A DNA stretch of 64,000 nt from Candidatus Latescibacterota bacterium (lineage in GTDB: Bacteria > Latescibacterota > UBA2968). Position numbers and translations under genes: made by a program. Positions 20,393-29,920 of the stretch are shown here, piece by piece. The DNA lies in contig OZ220741.1 in NCBI GenBank assembly GCA_965116885.1, forward strand, positions 2,880,001 through 2,944,000, read 5' to 3'. The notes beneath the pieces are model-generated. The model did not search any database. It had not been told where the DNA came from and saw nothing but the letters and a program-made list of their open reading frames with translations. Position 1 is the first letter of the stretch. Each line of letters starts with the position of its first letter.

Positions 20393-20400
20393 CTGTGGTT
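20371..20400. repeat. Decamer tandem repeat ATCTGTGT(T/A)N x3
   Basis: atctgtgtat atttgtgttc atctgtggtt; contains the proposed start codon of the multihaem gene. Confidence 0.6.
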
Positions 20401-20420
20401 GCTTTCTGAATTTTGCCTGC

Positions 20421-20450
20421 AAAAAAAGGCCCGATATTTCATCGGGCCTT
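20421..20450 (-). terminator. Rho-independent terminator after lepB
   Basis: AAGGCCCGAT-N5-ATCGGGCCTT with a T7 tract on the minus strand. Confidence 0.8.
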
Positions 20451-20471
20451 ACAAATACCATTTTTATACGG

Positions 20472-21137
20472 TTACTCCACCAGGCCCAGCCTGTCCCAAC
20501 GGATTTTTTGAAAAATATTCCACAGAGGCTTTTGGCTATCCCAGGAATAATAGATAAATAATGGGTGTGCTTTTACTTTTTCCATGGGTACCATCCCCCA
20601 AAACCGGCTGTCGTAACTGCTGTCGCGATTGTCTCCCATCACAAAAATGTGTCCCGGTGGCACTGTGTGAGGTCCGTAGTTGTCGCGTGGGCTGTGTTGT
20701 TTGTGTTCTACTCTGGGGTCTTCGTGTTTAACGCCTTCTGGGTTCTCAAATCGCTTTCCATCTACATATACAATTTTGTTTTTGATTTCCACTGTCTGTC
20801 CTTCAACCGCAATACACCGCTTGATAAAATCGCGCGACTCATCCCGGGGGAATTCAAAAATCACCAGATCCCCCGGTTGAGGGGTTGAAAATCCCGGTAC
20901 GCGAAATGAGGGCAATTTGGTATTCAGTATGGGCACGCGGTCGGGTATTTGCGTGCCGAAGGTCAGTTTATCGCCCAGTACGTAATCGCCTTCTAATAGC
21001 GTGTCTTCCATCGATCCCGAGGGTATGTGATACGCTTGTACCAGCGTTCCCCGGATCAAAATGGCTAAAAATATGGCGATTCCAAATTCTCGCAAGTTAC
21101 TCCGTTTTCGCTTCTTTTTATTTTTTCTCTTTAGCAT
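20472..21137 (-). CDS. lepB: Signal peptidase I
   Basis: IPSGSMEDTL (catalytic Ser), FIKRC (Lys), MGDNRDSSYDSRFWG. Confidence 0.95.
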   Translation of the reverse strand: MLKRKNKKKRKRSNLREFGIAIFLAILIRGTLVQAYHIPSGSMEDTLLEGDYVLGDKLTFGTQIPDRVPILNTKLPSFRVPGFSTPQPGDLVIFEFPRDESRDFIKRCIAVEGQTVEIKNKIVYVDGKRFENPEGVKHEDPRVEHKQHSPRDNYGPHTVPPGHIFVMGDNRDSSYDSRFWGMVPMEKVKAHPLFIYYSWDSQKPLWNIFQKIRWDRLGLVE

Positions 21138-21208
21138 AGTCCTTCCATTGTGGTGAGTTGTCGGTTATACTGTGTCGTGCCCTGCAGGGCGGTAACTGGT
21201 CTGGTCTT

Positions 21209-22186
21209 TCAACGATTTTGTGAAAAATAAGTTCGCTCGGGTTGGCCTGTTTCAGCAGATTTGTTTGCTGCGAGTGAAATATCGAGGCTGCGCAAACCGT
21301 CTTCAAAGTCGGACAAGATTCCCGATCCATCTCCCGAACGAATTGCAGCCATAAATACTTCGTCAATATCTTCCGATTCTGGTATTTCGCCGACTTCGGC
21401 CGCACCGCCTGGAAATACAGTTACACCATTTCCATCGACGGTCGCTCGCATATCGCGCATGATTATATCGATGCCATTTGAGCCACCGCCATTGCGGAGA
21501 ACGCAGGTGGAACTCAGGGTGCCCACAGCACCATTTTCAAATTGGAGCGATAGAGCATATACATCGGGGATATCGAGATTTTCGACATCGTTCAATGCGC
21601 GGGTGGCGTAATACGCGTGTACTTCTGCGACATCGCCTACGAGGTAACGCAATAAATCGATCTGATGCGTGGTCTGTTCGACAATCTGCCCACCCGACTG
21701 TGCCATGACGCGCCACCAGGGGGTGCCCGGCAAACCGCCCCAGCGGTAGGCCAGGGCCATGGCGACGGGTTTGTCTTTCAAAAATTCACGCCCCTGTTTT
21801 GCCCAGCCCGTATATCGCTGTTGATAGCCGACGGATGTCAGTACACCTGATTTTTGAACGGCTTCCAGAATTTCCAATCCCTTTTCCATTGACGGCACTA
21901 CGGGTTTTTCCAATAACATGTGTACGCCCTGTTGCGCCGCCAAAATCTCTGCATCATAATGTGCAAATGTCGGCACAACGACATACATCGCGGTCAAATT
22001 TTCACTGTCCAACATCACGCGATAGTCGGTATAAGCCGTGCCACCAAATTCTGAAGTCGCGCTTTGTGCGGTTTCTTCTTTTATGTCGCAAATTGCAACG
22101 ATCTCGACATCTTCTATATTGGCTAACGCGCGCATATGCGACCGCGCACGTCCTCCAGCACCCACAAAACCCACATTAATGCTCAT
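21209..22186 (-). CDS. Gfo/Idh/MocA family oxidoreductase
   Basis: VGAGG Rossmann motif, LLEKP, GGQIVEQTTHQID. Confidence 0.9.
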   Translation of the reverse strand: MSINVGFVGAGGRARSHMRALANIEDVEIVAICDIKEETAQSATSEFGGTAYTDYRVMLDSENLTAMYVVVPTFAHYDAEILAAQQGVHMLLEKPVVPSMEKGLEILEAVQKSGVLTSVGYQQRYTGWAKQGREFLKDKPVAMALAYRWGGLPGTPWWRVMAQSGGQIVEQTTHQIDLLRYLVGDVAEVHAYYATRALNDVENLDIPDVYALSLQFENGAVGTLSSTCVLRNGGGSNGIDIIMRDMRATVDGNGVTVFPGGAAEVGEIPESEDIDEVFMAAIRSGDGSGILSDFEDGLRSLDISLAANKSAETGQPERTYFSQNR

Positions 22187-22201
22187 TTATAGCCTCCATT
22201 C

Positions 22202-22276
22202 AAAAGGTGAGAGGTAAAAGGTAAGACTTAAGAGATCCCCCCAACCACACGCCAATAGGAACACCTCACACCTTGT
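22202..22276. repeat. Inverted heptamer arrays forming a hairpin in the 5' leader
   Basis: aaaaggt gagaggt aaaaggt ... acacctc acacctt; 11 of 12 bp pair between the arms. Confidence 0.55.
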
Positions 22277-22289
22277 ATTCTCTCGTTCA

Positions 22290-22318
22290 AAAATAGACTG
22301 CATGACGGAACGTGTCAA
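22290..22318 (-). promoter_or_regulatory. Sigma70 promoter TTGACA-N17-TATTTT
   Basis: Consensus -35 with a 17-bp spacer, upstream of the Gfo/Idh/MocA gene. Confidence 0.6.
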
Positions 22319-22358
22319 GAGGCACGTCCATTATTAAGCTGTGTTGTGACAAATTGTA

Positions 22359-24104
22359 TTATTTTTTTACCACTGGACCGGTAGGCGCTTCCTTGCTATA
22401 CAATGTACTGCCTCGCTCGTAAGACGCGACGACTGAACCGTCGGCAATTTCCAATCTGGGTACGTTTTTTTCGAACACATCGCGGTCGGGGCCGCGCATG
22501 ACGGCCATTTGTTCGTCGGTCATGCCCGAGACGAGATCGCCCCACCGTTTTTCTGGATGGGTCAATTCTCCGCCGCTCCGATTGAAGTTGCGCGATGAGT
22601 ATTTGTGCAAAATCCCCCGTCGCGAGATGTCGCTTTTCCACGCCAATGTGCCGTGTGTGGTGCCGCCATCCATGAAGAAGAGCACGTCGCCCGCTTTCAT
22701 CTCTACGTGTTTGACCAATCCCATGTGGTCATCGCAGGAGCGCACGCCCGGGGGGAGTGAATAATACGCTTTGTGCGATCCCGGCACACACGCAAACCCA
22801 CCGTCGGCTTCGGTTACATCGCGCAACTGCCAGGTTACGGTTACGGCTTCGCAATAGCTGCGCCCATTTTGATAGATATATCCCCGCCCTGGATTGAGCG
22901 GTTCATTGGAGTCGTGCAGGGAATGGCCCGATGTGCCTTTGACAGCGCAAAATGCCGTTCCTCCGCCCGTGCGACCACCGCTGGCACCCATCCAGTTTAG
23001 CCGATGTTCAACGGCCGGATGGGCGAGCATTCTTCGAAATGGGTCGCAATGGGGACTGGGCAACTGCGTCAGTCCACCCAACAGGGGCCTGCCCGTGCCC
23101 GCGAGGCTTTTTGACCCGCGTGCGAGTTCTTCGCCAACGACGATTCGATCCTCAAATTTGTCAATGGCGGCATTGGCCTGTGCCAGCCATTCTTCATCCA
23201 TGATTCCGCGCAGCACCAGGTACCCGTTTAAGTCCCAAAAGTAAAATTCTTTTTGGTCAATGCCCGAGTTTGGGTTTTTCATCAGGAAAGACGGGTGGAA
23301 AATTTCGCGAGATTCGTCCAATGCAATTGTTTCGCCATCTGTTTTCAAAGTCGGCGGTGGCGTTGTATTGCGATATCCGGGGCGATACAGCGATGCGCTC
23401 TGTTCAGGTGTTAGTTCTGCCATCAAGTCGGATATGGGCATCTTTTCCGATTCGGGAGAAGATCCTGCAGAACGGATCACACCACGGCCTACATATTCGT
23501 AGGATAGCAAGCGTTGCAGTCCCTCGCCATGCCAAGAACGCATGCCCTGTACGACGCTCAGACCGACGATGAGTAAATCGCCCGCTTTTAGTTCGGGTTG
23601 AAAAAGATAATCCGAGTCATCTACACCGGTCAATATATCCTCTGGTGTTTCCACATTTGATTTGTGGGTACACGGTACGAATACAAACCCTCCGTCTCCG
23701 GCTTTGACATCAGAGAGTGCCCAGATTACGCGCACGCCTTCACAAAATCTTCGATCGTTCTGGTGATAATATGCCAGCGCTGGATCTCGCGGTTCATTGC
23801 CACCTGCCAGTGGGGCAGAGGTGTCACAGGTTTCGTCGCACAGAATTTCGGGGGCGCGGTCGAGTCTGAAACCATGTCCCACAATTTGGTTCAGATACCA
23901 CACGAGTTGGGGTTGGATCAACAAATCGCGGAATGGTCCGCGCAAATCGCCTTCCCAGCCGAGCATGCCCTCGAGCGATCCGGCCCGATCTATCGCGTCG
24001 TTTAACCGCGCGATTTCGGGACGGGTCAGGACTCCCGGTATATGCAAATAGCCTGTTAAATCAAAGGCGTAATTCTCTTCGTTTGTCATGGTTTCCCGGT
24101 CCAT
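22359..24104 (-). CDS. Double-domain PhyH-family dioxygenase-like protein, copy 1
   Basis: Two repeats of Y.FDL.GYL...GGF..VP..HK...KAGD; C-terminal domain has LHDS and THG. Confidence 0.85.
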   Translation of the reverse strand: MDRETMTNEENYAFDLTGYLHIPGVLTRPEIARLNDAIDRAGSLEGMLGWEGDLRGPFRDLLIQPQLVWYLNQIVGHGFRLDRAPEILCDETCDTSAPLAGGNEPRDPALAYYHQNDRRFCEGVRVIWALSDVKAGDGGFVFVPCTHKSNVETPEDILTGVDDSDYLFQPELKAGDLLIVGLSVVQGMRSWHGEGLQRLLSYEYVGRGVIRSAGSSPESEKMPISDLMAELTPEQSASLYRPGYRNTTPPPTLKTDGETIALDESREIFHPSFLMKNPNSGIDQKEFYFWDLNGYLVLRGIMDEEWLAQANAAIDKFEDRIVVGEELARGSKSLAGTGRPLLGGLTQLPSPHCDPFRRMLAHPAVEHRLNWMGASGGRTGGGTAFCAVKGTSGHSLHDSNEPLNPGRGYIYQNGRSYCEAVTVTWQLRDVTEADGGFACVPGSHKAYYSLPPGVRSCDDHMGLVKHVEMKAGDVLFFMDGGTTHGTLAWKSDISRRGILHKYSSRNFNRSGGELTHPEKRWGDLVSGMTDEQMAVMRGPDRDVFEKNVPRLEIADGSVVASYERGSTLYSKEAPTGPVVKK

Positions 24105-24296
24105 GTTATCCTCCTTGACCGTGGTGTACCCGTTTGCCTACTGGCACTCAGGCATGATTGTGGCGGTTTATTCATGAAAAGCTCAAATTGCTGGAAAAAA
24201 CAAGGAGAAAATGAAACCCTTCTCGACCGATTGCTCGGCGCATTTAAAAAAAACTGCCCATTTAAATGGACAGTTTGTGAGCTGTGACGCTTTGCA

Positions 24297-26042
24297 CTAT
24301 TTTTTTGCCACTGGACCTTTGGGTGCGTCCTTGCTGTACAATGCACCGCCTCGCTCGTAAGACGCGACGACTGAACCATCGGCAATTTCCAATCTGGGCA
24401 CGTTCTTGCTAAACACATCGCGGTCGGGGCCGCGCATGACGGCCATTTGTTCATCGGTCATGCCCGAGACGAGATCACCCCACCGTTTTTCTGGATGGGC
24501 CAATTCTCCTCCGCTGCGATTGAAGTTGCGCGATGAGTATTTGTGCAAAATCCCCCGTCGCGAGATGTCGCTTTTCCACGCGAATGTGCCATGTGAGGTG
24601 CTGCCATCCATGAAGAAGAGCACATCGCCCGCTTTCACCTCTATGTGTTTTACCAATCCCATGTGGTCATCGCAGGAGCGCACACCTGGGGGGGTAGGAT
24701 AATACGATTTGTGCGATCCCGGCACGCAGGCAAACCCACCGTCGGCTTCGGTTACGTCGCGCAACTGCCAGGTTACGGTTACGGCTTCGCAATAACTGCG
24801 TCCATTTTGATAAATATATCCCCGGGTTGGATTGAGCGGCTCATTGGAGCCATGCTGGGAATGTCCCGATGTGCCTTTGACCGAGCAAAATGCCGTTCCT
24901 CCGCCCGTGCGACCCCCACTGGCGCCCATCCAGTTGAGCCGATGTTCAACGATTGGGTTGGCAAGCATTCGTCGGAAAGGATCGCAATAGGGGCTGGGCA
25001 ACTGAGTCAGTCCACCCAATAGGGGCCTGCCCGTGCCTGCAAGGGTTTTTGATCCTTGTGCGAGCTCGTCGCCAACGACGATTTGGTCCTCAAATTTGTC
25101 AATGGCGGCATTGGCCTGTGCCAGCCATTCTTCGTCCATGACCCCGCGCAGCACCAGATACCCGTTTAAGTCCCAAAAGTAAAATTCTTTTTGGTCAATG
25201 CCCGAGTTTGGGTTTTTCATCAGGAAAGACGGGTGGAAAATTTCGCGAGATTCTTCTAATGTGATTGTCTCGCCATCTGTTTTCAACGTTGGCGGTGGCG
25301 TGGTATCGCGATATCCAGGTCTGTACAGCGATGCACGTTGCTCTGGACTCATTCCCGCCATCGAGTCGGATACTGGCATTTTATCCGATTCAGGGCCAGG
25401 TCCCGCAGAACGGATCACACCGCGGCCTACATATTCGTAGGATAGCAAGCGTTGCAGTCCCTCGCCTTGCCACGGACGCAGGCCCTGTACGACGCTCAGG
25501 CCGACGATGAGCAGATCGCCCGCTTTTAGTTCGGGTTGAAAAAGATAATCCGAGTCATCCTCGCCGGTCAATATATCCTCTGGCGTTTCTACATTTGATT
25601 TGTGGGTACACGGTACGAATACAAATCCGCCGTCGCCAGCTTTTACGTCCGAGAGTGCCCAGATTACGCGCACGCCTTCGCAAAATCTTCGATCGTTCTG
25701 ATGATAATATGCCAGCGCTGGATCTCGTGGCTCATTGCCACCTGCCAGTGGGGCAGAGGTGTCACAGGTTTCGTCACATAGAATTTCGGGTGCGCGGTCG
25801 AGTCTGAATCCATGCCCTACAATTTGGTTCAGATACCACACGAGTTGGGGTTGGATCAACAAATCGCGGAATGGTTCGCGCAAATCGCCTTCCCAGCCGA
25901 GCATGCCCTCGAGTGACCCTGTCCGATCTATCGCGTCGTTTAACCGCGCGATTTCGGGACGGGTCAGGACTCCCGGTATATGCAAATAACCCGTTAGATC
26001 AAAGGCGTAATTTTCTTCGTTTGTCATGGTTTCCCGGTCCAT
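24297..26042 (-). CDS. Double-domain PhyH-family dioxygenase-like protein, copy 2
   Basis: Same length (581 aa) and architecture as copy 1; about 45 substitutions by manual count; C-terminal domain has QHGS and SHG. Confidence 0.85.
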   Translation of the reverse strand: MDRETMTNEENYAFDLTGYLHIPGVLTRPEIARLNDAIDRTGSLEGMLGWEGDLREPFRDLLIQPQLVWYLNQIVGHGFRLDRAPEILCDETCDTSAPLAGGNEPRDPALAYYHQNDRRFCEGVRVIWALSDVKAGDGGFVFVPCTHKSNVETPEDILTGEDDSDYLFQPELKAGDLLIVGLSVVQGLRPWQGEGLQRLLSYEYVGRGVIRSAGPGPESDKMPVSDSMAGMSPEQRASLYRPGYRDTTPPPTLKTDGETITLEESREIFHPSFLMKNPNSGIDQKEFYFWDLNGYLVLRGVMDEEWLAQANAAIDKFEDQIVVGDELAQGSKTLAGTGRPLLGGLTQLPSPYCDPFRRMLANPIVEHRLNWMGASGGRTGGGTAFCSVKGTSGHSQHGSNEPLNPTRGYIYQNGRSYCEAVTVTWQLRDVTEADGGFACVPGSHKSYYPTPPGVRSCDDHMGLVKHIEVKAGDVLFFMDGSTSHGTFAWKSDISRRGILHKYSSRNFNRSGGELAHPEKRWGDLVSGMTDEQMAVMRGPDRDVFSKNVPRLEIADGSVVASYERGGALYSKDAPKGPVAKK

Positions 26043-26278
26043 GTCAGTCTCCTTGACTGTGATGTACCTGCTTGCCTGCTGATATGCAGGCGTGGATGTG
26101 GTGGTTTATTCATGAAATGTTCAAACCGATTCAAAAAACAAGTATAAAATGTAGTCCCTATTGACCGATTGCTTGACGCATTTGATTTGGCTCTGTAAAT
26201 TGCGCCTGTTCTTTCTCTAATGCTTGCTTTATTCGGATTACTGAAATTTTTCTGCTGTGAGTAATGAAAGGCATTATA

Positions 26279-27706
26279 ATGGCAGAGTTTCGTCCCAATA
26301 TTGTGCTTGTGATGTGCGACCAGATGCGCTGGGATGCGGCTGGTTTTGCGGGTAGTTCTGTTGTTCACACGCCCCATCTGGATCGTCTATCCGATGGGGG
26401 CGTGTGTTTTGAAAATGCCTATTGCGCTTCTCCTGTTTGTTCGCCCGCTCGGGCGAGTTGGTTGACCGGGTGCTATCCCCACGCCCATCTGCAATTGCGA
26501 AATTACGGGCCACAACGGGGAAAAGACTGGGGGTGTTATCTGCCGCAGGACCGCGTTACGATGGGGGATGTTTTGAAACACGCGGGATATTGCTGTGGCA
26601 TGGTTGGTCCGTGGCATCTGGGCGATGACCATGCGCCACAGCACGGATTTGAGGATTTTTGGCAGACCTATCGATATCTGGACGACGAATATACAGATCC
26701 CCTTTTCGATTATTTTGAACGCGAGGGAGTACCCAATCTCTACAGCGATAAGGAAGCTGTCACCCAATACGGAAATATTCTGGCATTTGCGACACTTATA
26801 GACCCGCGACAGCAGCGTACGACCTGGACGGTTGACCGCGCGATTGATTTTTTGCGCCAGCAAGAAGATGATCCGTTTTTTCTGTTTGTGAGTGTTAAGG
26901 ACCCGCATCCCCTCATCGTTATCCCACCAGAATTGCTCGAACACTATCCGGTAGATCAAATGCCCCTGCCGGATTCTCTGCGAGACCCACTTGAGGGTAA
27001 ACCGCATTTTCAAACCCGCACAAAATTTCGTATGCCCAATACGGTGACAGATCGGCAATTCCGCGAGATGATTGCGTACTATTACGCCCTGATTACCCAT
27101 ATTGACGCGGAGGTCGGGCGTCTGGTCGGCGTTCTCGAAGAACAGAATATGCGCGATAATACGCTCGTGGTTTTTATGAGCGACCACGGCGAGTTGCTCG
27201 GCGACCACGGTTGCACAGAAAAGTGCCTGATGTACGAGGCCTCGGTCAGAGTCCCTTGTCTGCTTTCCTGGCCGAGTACTCTTCCAGCGGGTTTGCGCGT
27301 GACGACTCCGCTTGCCGGTGTTGATTTAATGCCGACTTTGCTCGATCTGGCAAACGAGGCGCCGCCCGAGAAAATTGATGGCCGCTCTGTTGCGGATGCG
27401 ATTCTGAATGGTCGGCAACCCAGACCTCAGCCCATTTTTGCCGAGATCGCCAGCCAGGAGGCCGTTTATTGGGGGTCAACTGAAAGAGAGCAGTTTGCCG
27501 CGCATGTGATGAATCTCGATGGTCGCTGGAAGTATATTCGCAATCGTTTTGATATCGATGAATTGTACGATTTGGAAACAGATCCGGGCGAAATGCAAAA
27601 TCTCGCGCAGCTTTCTGAATATCAACCGCGCATTACAGCTATGCGCCAGCAAATCGCCGAGATGATTTGCCATACAGGTCCCGGTCCCTACGACTGGTGT
27701 TTGTAA
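26279..27706 (+). CDS. Sulfatase (choline-sulfatase-like, Cys-type)
   Basis: PNIVLVMCDQ, CSPAR, WHLG, SDHGE, ELYDLETDPGE. Confidence 0.88.
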   Translation: MAEFRPNIVLVMCDQMRWDAAGFAGSSVVHTPHLDRLSDGGVCFENAYCASPVCSPARASWLTGCYPHAHLQLRNYGPQRGKDWGCYLPQDRVTMGDVLKHAGYCCGMVGPWHLGDDHAPQHGFEDFWQTYRYLDDEYTDPLFDYFEREGVPNLYSDKEAVTQYGNILAFATLIDPRQQRTTWTVDRAIDFLRQQEDDPFFLFVSVKDPHPLIVIPPELLEHYPVDQMPLPDSLRDPLEGKPHFQTRTKFRMPNTVTDRQFREMIAYYYALITHIDAEVGRLVGVLEEQNMRDNTLVVFMSDHGELLGDHGCTEKCLMYEASVRVPCLLSWPSTLPAGLRVTTPLAGVDLMPTLLDLANEAPPEKIDGRSVADAILNGRQPRPQPIFAEIASQEAVYWGSTEREQFAAHVMNLDGRWKYIRNRFDIDELYDLETDPGEMQNLAQLSEYQPRITAMRQQIAEMICHTGPGPYDWCL

Positions 27707-27735
27707 GTGTAGATAGCGCGCGAAAAGGAGGACTG

Positions 27736-28707
27736 ATGAGAACAGGTTTTACTGAGAACGGTGCCATTCCATTTGAGGCGTTTGCGGGTTTTGAGCGGCT
27801 TGAGAATGTCAATCCCATTCTTGCCTGCGAGCCGCCAGAGTGGGCCGCTGCAGCCCATGCGTTTGTGATGGATGATACGGTGCACTATTTGTGGGGGAGG
27901 AGAAAAGAGGGCAATTATTGGGTTTTGATGCATAGCACAGCTCCGGTGAACGATCCCGCAAAGATCGCACACGATCCGCGCAATCCCGTGCTTTTGCCTT
28001 CGAGAGAGGGATTTGACGATTATACAATCGAATATCCTTTTCCGTTTTGGAATCCCGCCGACAGCAGGTTCTATGTTTATTATTTGGGGCGACGACAAAA
28101 GCCGCCGAAGCAGACGGGTTTATTGGTGGGCGACGGAGATTTTGGCAATTGGACGCGCGTTTGTCAGGCGCCTGTGATTGCCTCAGATACCGCGCACGAG
28201 CGACAGGGTTCGTCGCATCCCTCGGTTGTGGTTGTAGATGATACCATACACATCATTTATACGGGGGAGTCGGCAGAGCCGCCGACCTTGTGTCACGCGA
28301 CCGCGCCGACGAGCAATCCCGCGGCTGTTACCAAAGATTCCGCAAATCCCATTTTTAAGGGTAGCGGAGAAGTGTGGGATAGTTGTGGTGTTCGGGAGGC
28401 TGAGATTTTTAAGGGTCCACAGTATTTCCATCTCTTTTACGGGGGGTCCGATGGCGAGGCCTGGCGGATTGGGCATGTGCGAACGCGCGATTTTCGCACT
28501 TTTGAACCCAATCCGCACAATCCAATTTTTTCGCCCTCGCCAGATCCCGATGCATGGGACTGCGACGGGATACTAACGCCTCAGGTGATTGAAATTGACA
28601 ACCGCTATTACATGGTCTATGCGGGTATGCGGGGACGTGAGTGGCAGACGGGACTCGCGGTGGCAGGCGAATCAACGAATCAGCGAATCAACGAAAGAAG
28701 CTGGTGA
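27736..28707 (+). CDS. Five-bladed beta-propeller glycoside hydrolase-like protein (GH43/32/130 clan-like)
   Basis: Repeated NP(I/V)L/F...WD blade motifs, YYMVYAG; AAGGAGG RBS. Confidence 0.65.
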   Translation: MRTGFTENGAIPFEAFAGFERLENVNPILACEPPEWAAAAHAFVMDDTVHYLWGRRKEGNYWVLMHSTAPVNDPAKIAHDPRNPVLLPSREGFDDYTIEYPFPFWNPADSRFYVYYLGRRQKPPKQTGLLVGDGDFGNWTRVCQAPVIASDTAHERQGSSHPSVVVVDDTIHIIYTGESAEPPTLCHATAPTSNPAAVTKDSANPIFKGSGEVWDSCGVREAEIFKGPQYFHLFYGGSDGEAWRIGHVRTRDFRTFEPNPHNPIFSPSPDPDAWDCDGILTPQVIEIDNRYYMVYAGMRGREWQTGLAVAGESTNQRINERSW

Positions 28708-28754
28708 TGATCTTGGGGGCAGGGCGGAGGTCGTCTATTCGTCTATTCGTTCAG
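28668..28754. repeat. Inverted octamer arrays between convergent genes
   Basis: (CGAATCAR)x3 at 28668-28691 and (TCGTCTAT)x2+TCGTTCAG at 28731-28754. Confidence 0.65.
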
Positions 28755-29851
28755 TCTTTCAGAACGCGGTTGGGTGTGTACTGGTTTGTGTAGTGACGCA
28801 TGTTTCCCACGGCGTTGTTCTGTTTGATGGCGTCGGTCGGGTTTGTATGGAGAAACCAGTTGTTGTAGATTTCAGCGCTTTCCTGGGGAATTCCCCGGAT
28901 GACTACGGCGGGTACACTTGTGGCGCGAAAGGTGTTGTGGTGGATTAACATGAGATCGCCAGCGATGTGCGTATCGTCACCGCGATCCCGTCCGCCGTGC
29001 ATGTCAAAGCTGTGGCTGTTGGCGTTTTCCAGAATCAGGTTGTAGCGGGCTTCATAGCTGGTGCCGGGCCTTCCGGTGCCTGCAATGTGGTGGCGACACC
29101 AGTCGAACAAATTGGCTTCGATAAGGGCGTTGGACTGGTCCAGCACCACGCCGTAGCCCAGGCCGTAGCGCTGGTTGTGGTGAAAATAGTTGTGATGGAT
29201 GTGGTTGTCCGTTGAGCCAGCCCGCAGGAAGATCGCGCCGTGACTCCAGCCCCAGAGTTCGCAGTTATCGACTTCGAGGTTGGGGTATTCGGTCTGGATG
29301 GCGCGGGAGTTGGGGATGCTGTAGTAGCGCCCTTCTGCATGGAGTTGTCTCATCTGCTCGGTGCGTCTGAGGGTGTCCGGTCCCTGGAAGCGAAGGCCGG
29401 TGATGCGGATGTTGGGACCGGTGGCGATAAAGAGGGGTATGGTTTCGAGTTGTTTGGAGTAGAGCAGGGCGCCCTGGGAGCCGGGTTTGCCCCGGCCGCT
29501 GGCGAGCGTGACGCCTCCGCGTATGGCGATGTTCTGGTGTCCGGTCAGGTCGATTCTGATGGTATCTACTATATAGACTATCTGGTTGGGACCGGCGAAC
29601 TGGAGAGCGTCGAACAGTTCCATGCGGTTTGTGACCAGGAATTCAGATGGGTCAATTAGGCGGTTATAGCCCTCGCCACCGCCAATGGGATTGCCGGTGG
29701 GGTTGATGTCGGCACCGAATTTGTCATCTGAAAGCAGGGGTTTTTCCTGCTGTCCGTTGCCATCTGATGTATCGGGAGTGAGTGGCTTTTCTTTGTCAGA
29801 ACAGGCAAACAGAAGGAGCAAGGCGGTGAGATATCTAAGTGTTCCTGACAT
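28751..29851 (-). CDS. Lipoprotein with right-handed beta-helix (pectin-lyase-like) domain
   Basis: Lipobox LLFA-C; PIGGGEGY; repeated IHHN/IEAN/IYNN stacks. Confidence 0.7.
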   Translation of the reverse strand: MSGTLRYLTALLLLFACSDKEKPLTPDTSDGNGQQEKPLLSDDKFGADINPTGNPIGGGEGYNRLIDPSEFLVTNRMELFDALQFAGPNQIVYIVDTIRIDLTGHQNIAIRGGVTLASGRGKPGSQGALLYSKQLETIPLFIATGPNIRITGLRFQGPDTLRRTEQMRQLHAEGRYYSIPNSRAIQTEYPNLEVDNCELWGWSHGAIFLRAGSTDNHIHHNYFHHNQRYGLGYGVVLDQSNALIEANLFDWCRHHIAGTGRPGTSYEARYNLILENANSHSFDMHGGRDRGDDTHIAGDLMLIHHNTFRATSVPAVVIRGIPQESAEIYNNWFLHTNPTDAIKQNNAVGNMRHYTNQYTPNRVLKD

Positions 29852-29920
29852 GTCTATCTCCTCCTCCTAACCCCTCACGATACTGAGAGAAATTTTGAGC
29901 TTAAGGTATTGTAATAAAAT

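Noticed and set aside
20393..20461. Track start of the 990-aa ORF at 20461
   Set aside because: The extension spans the lepB terminator and precedes the signal peptide
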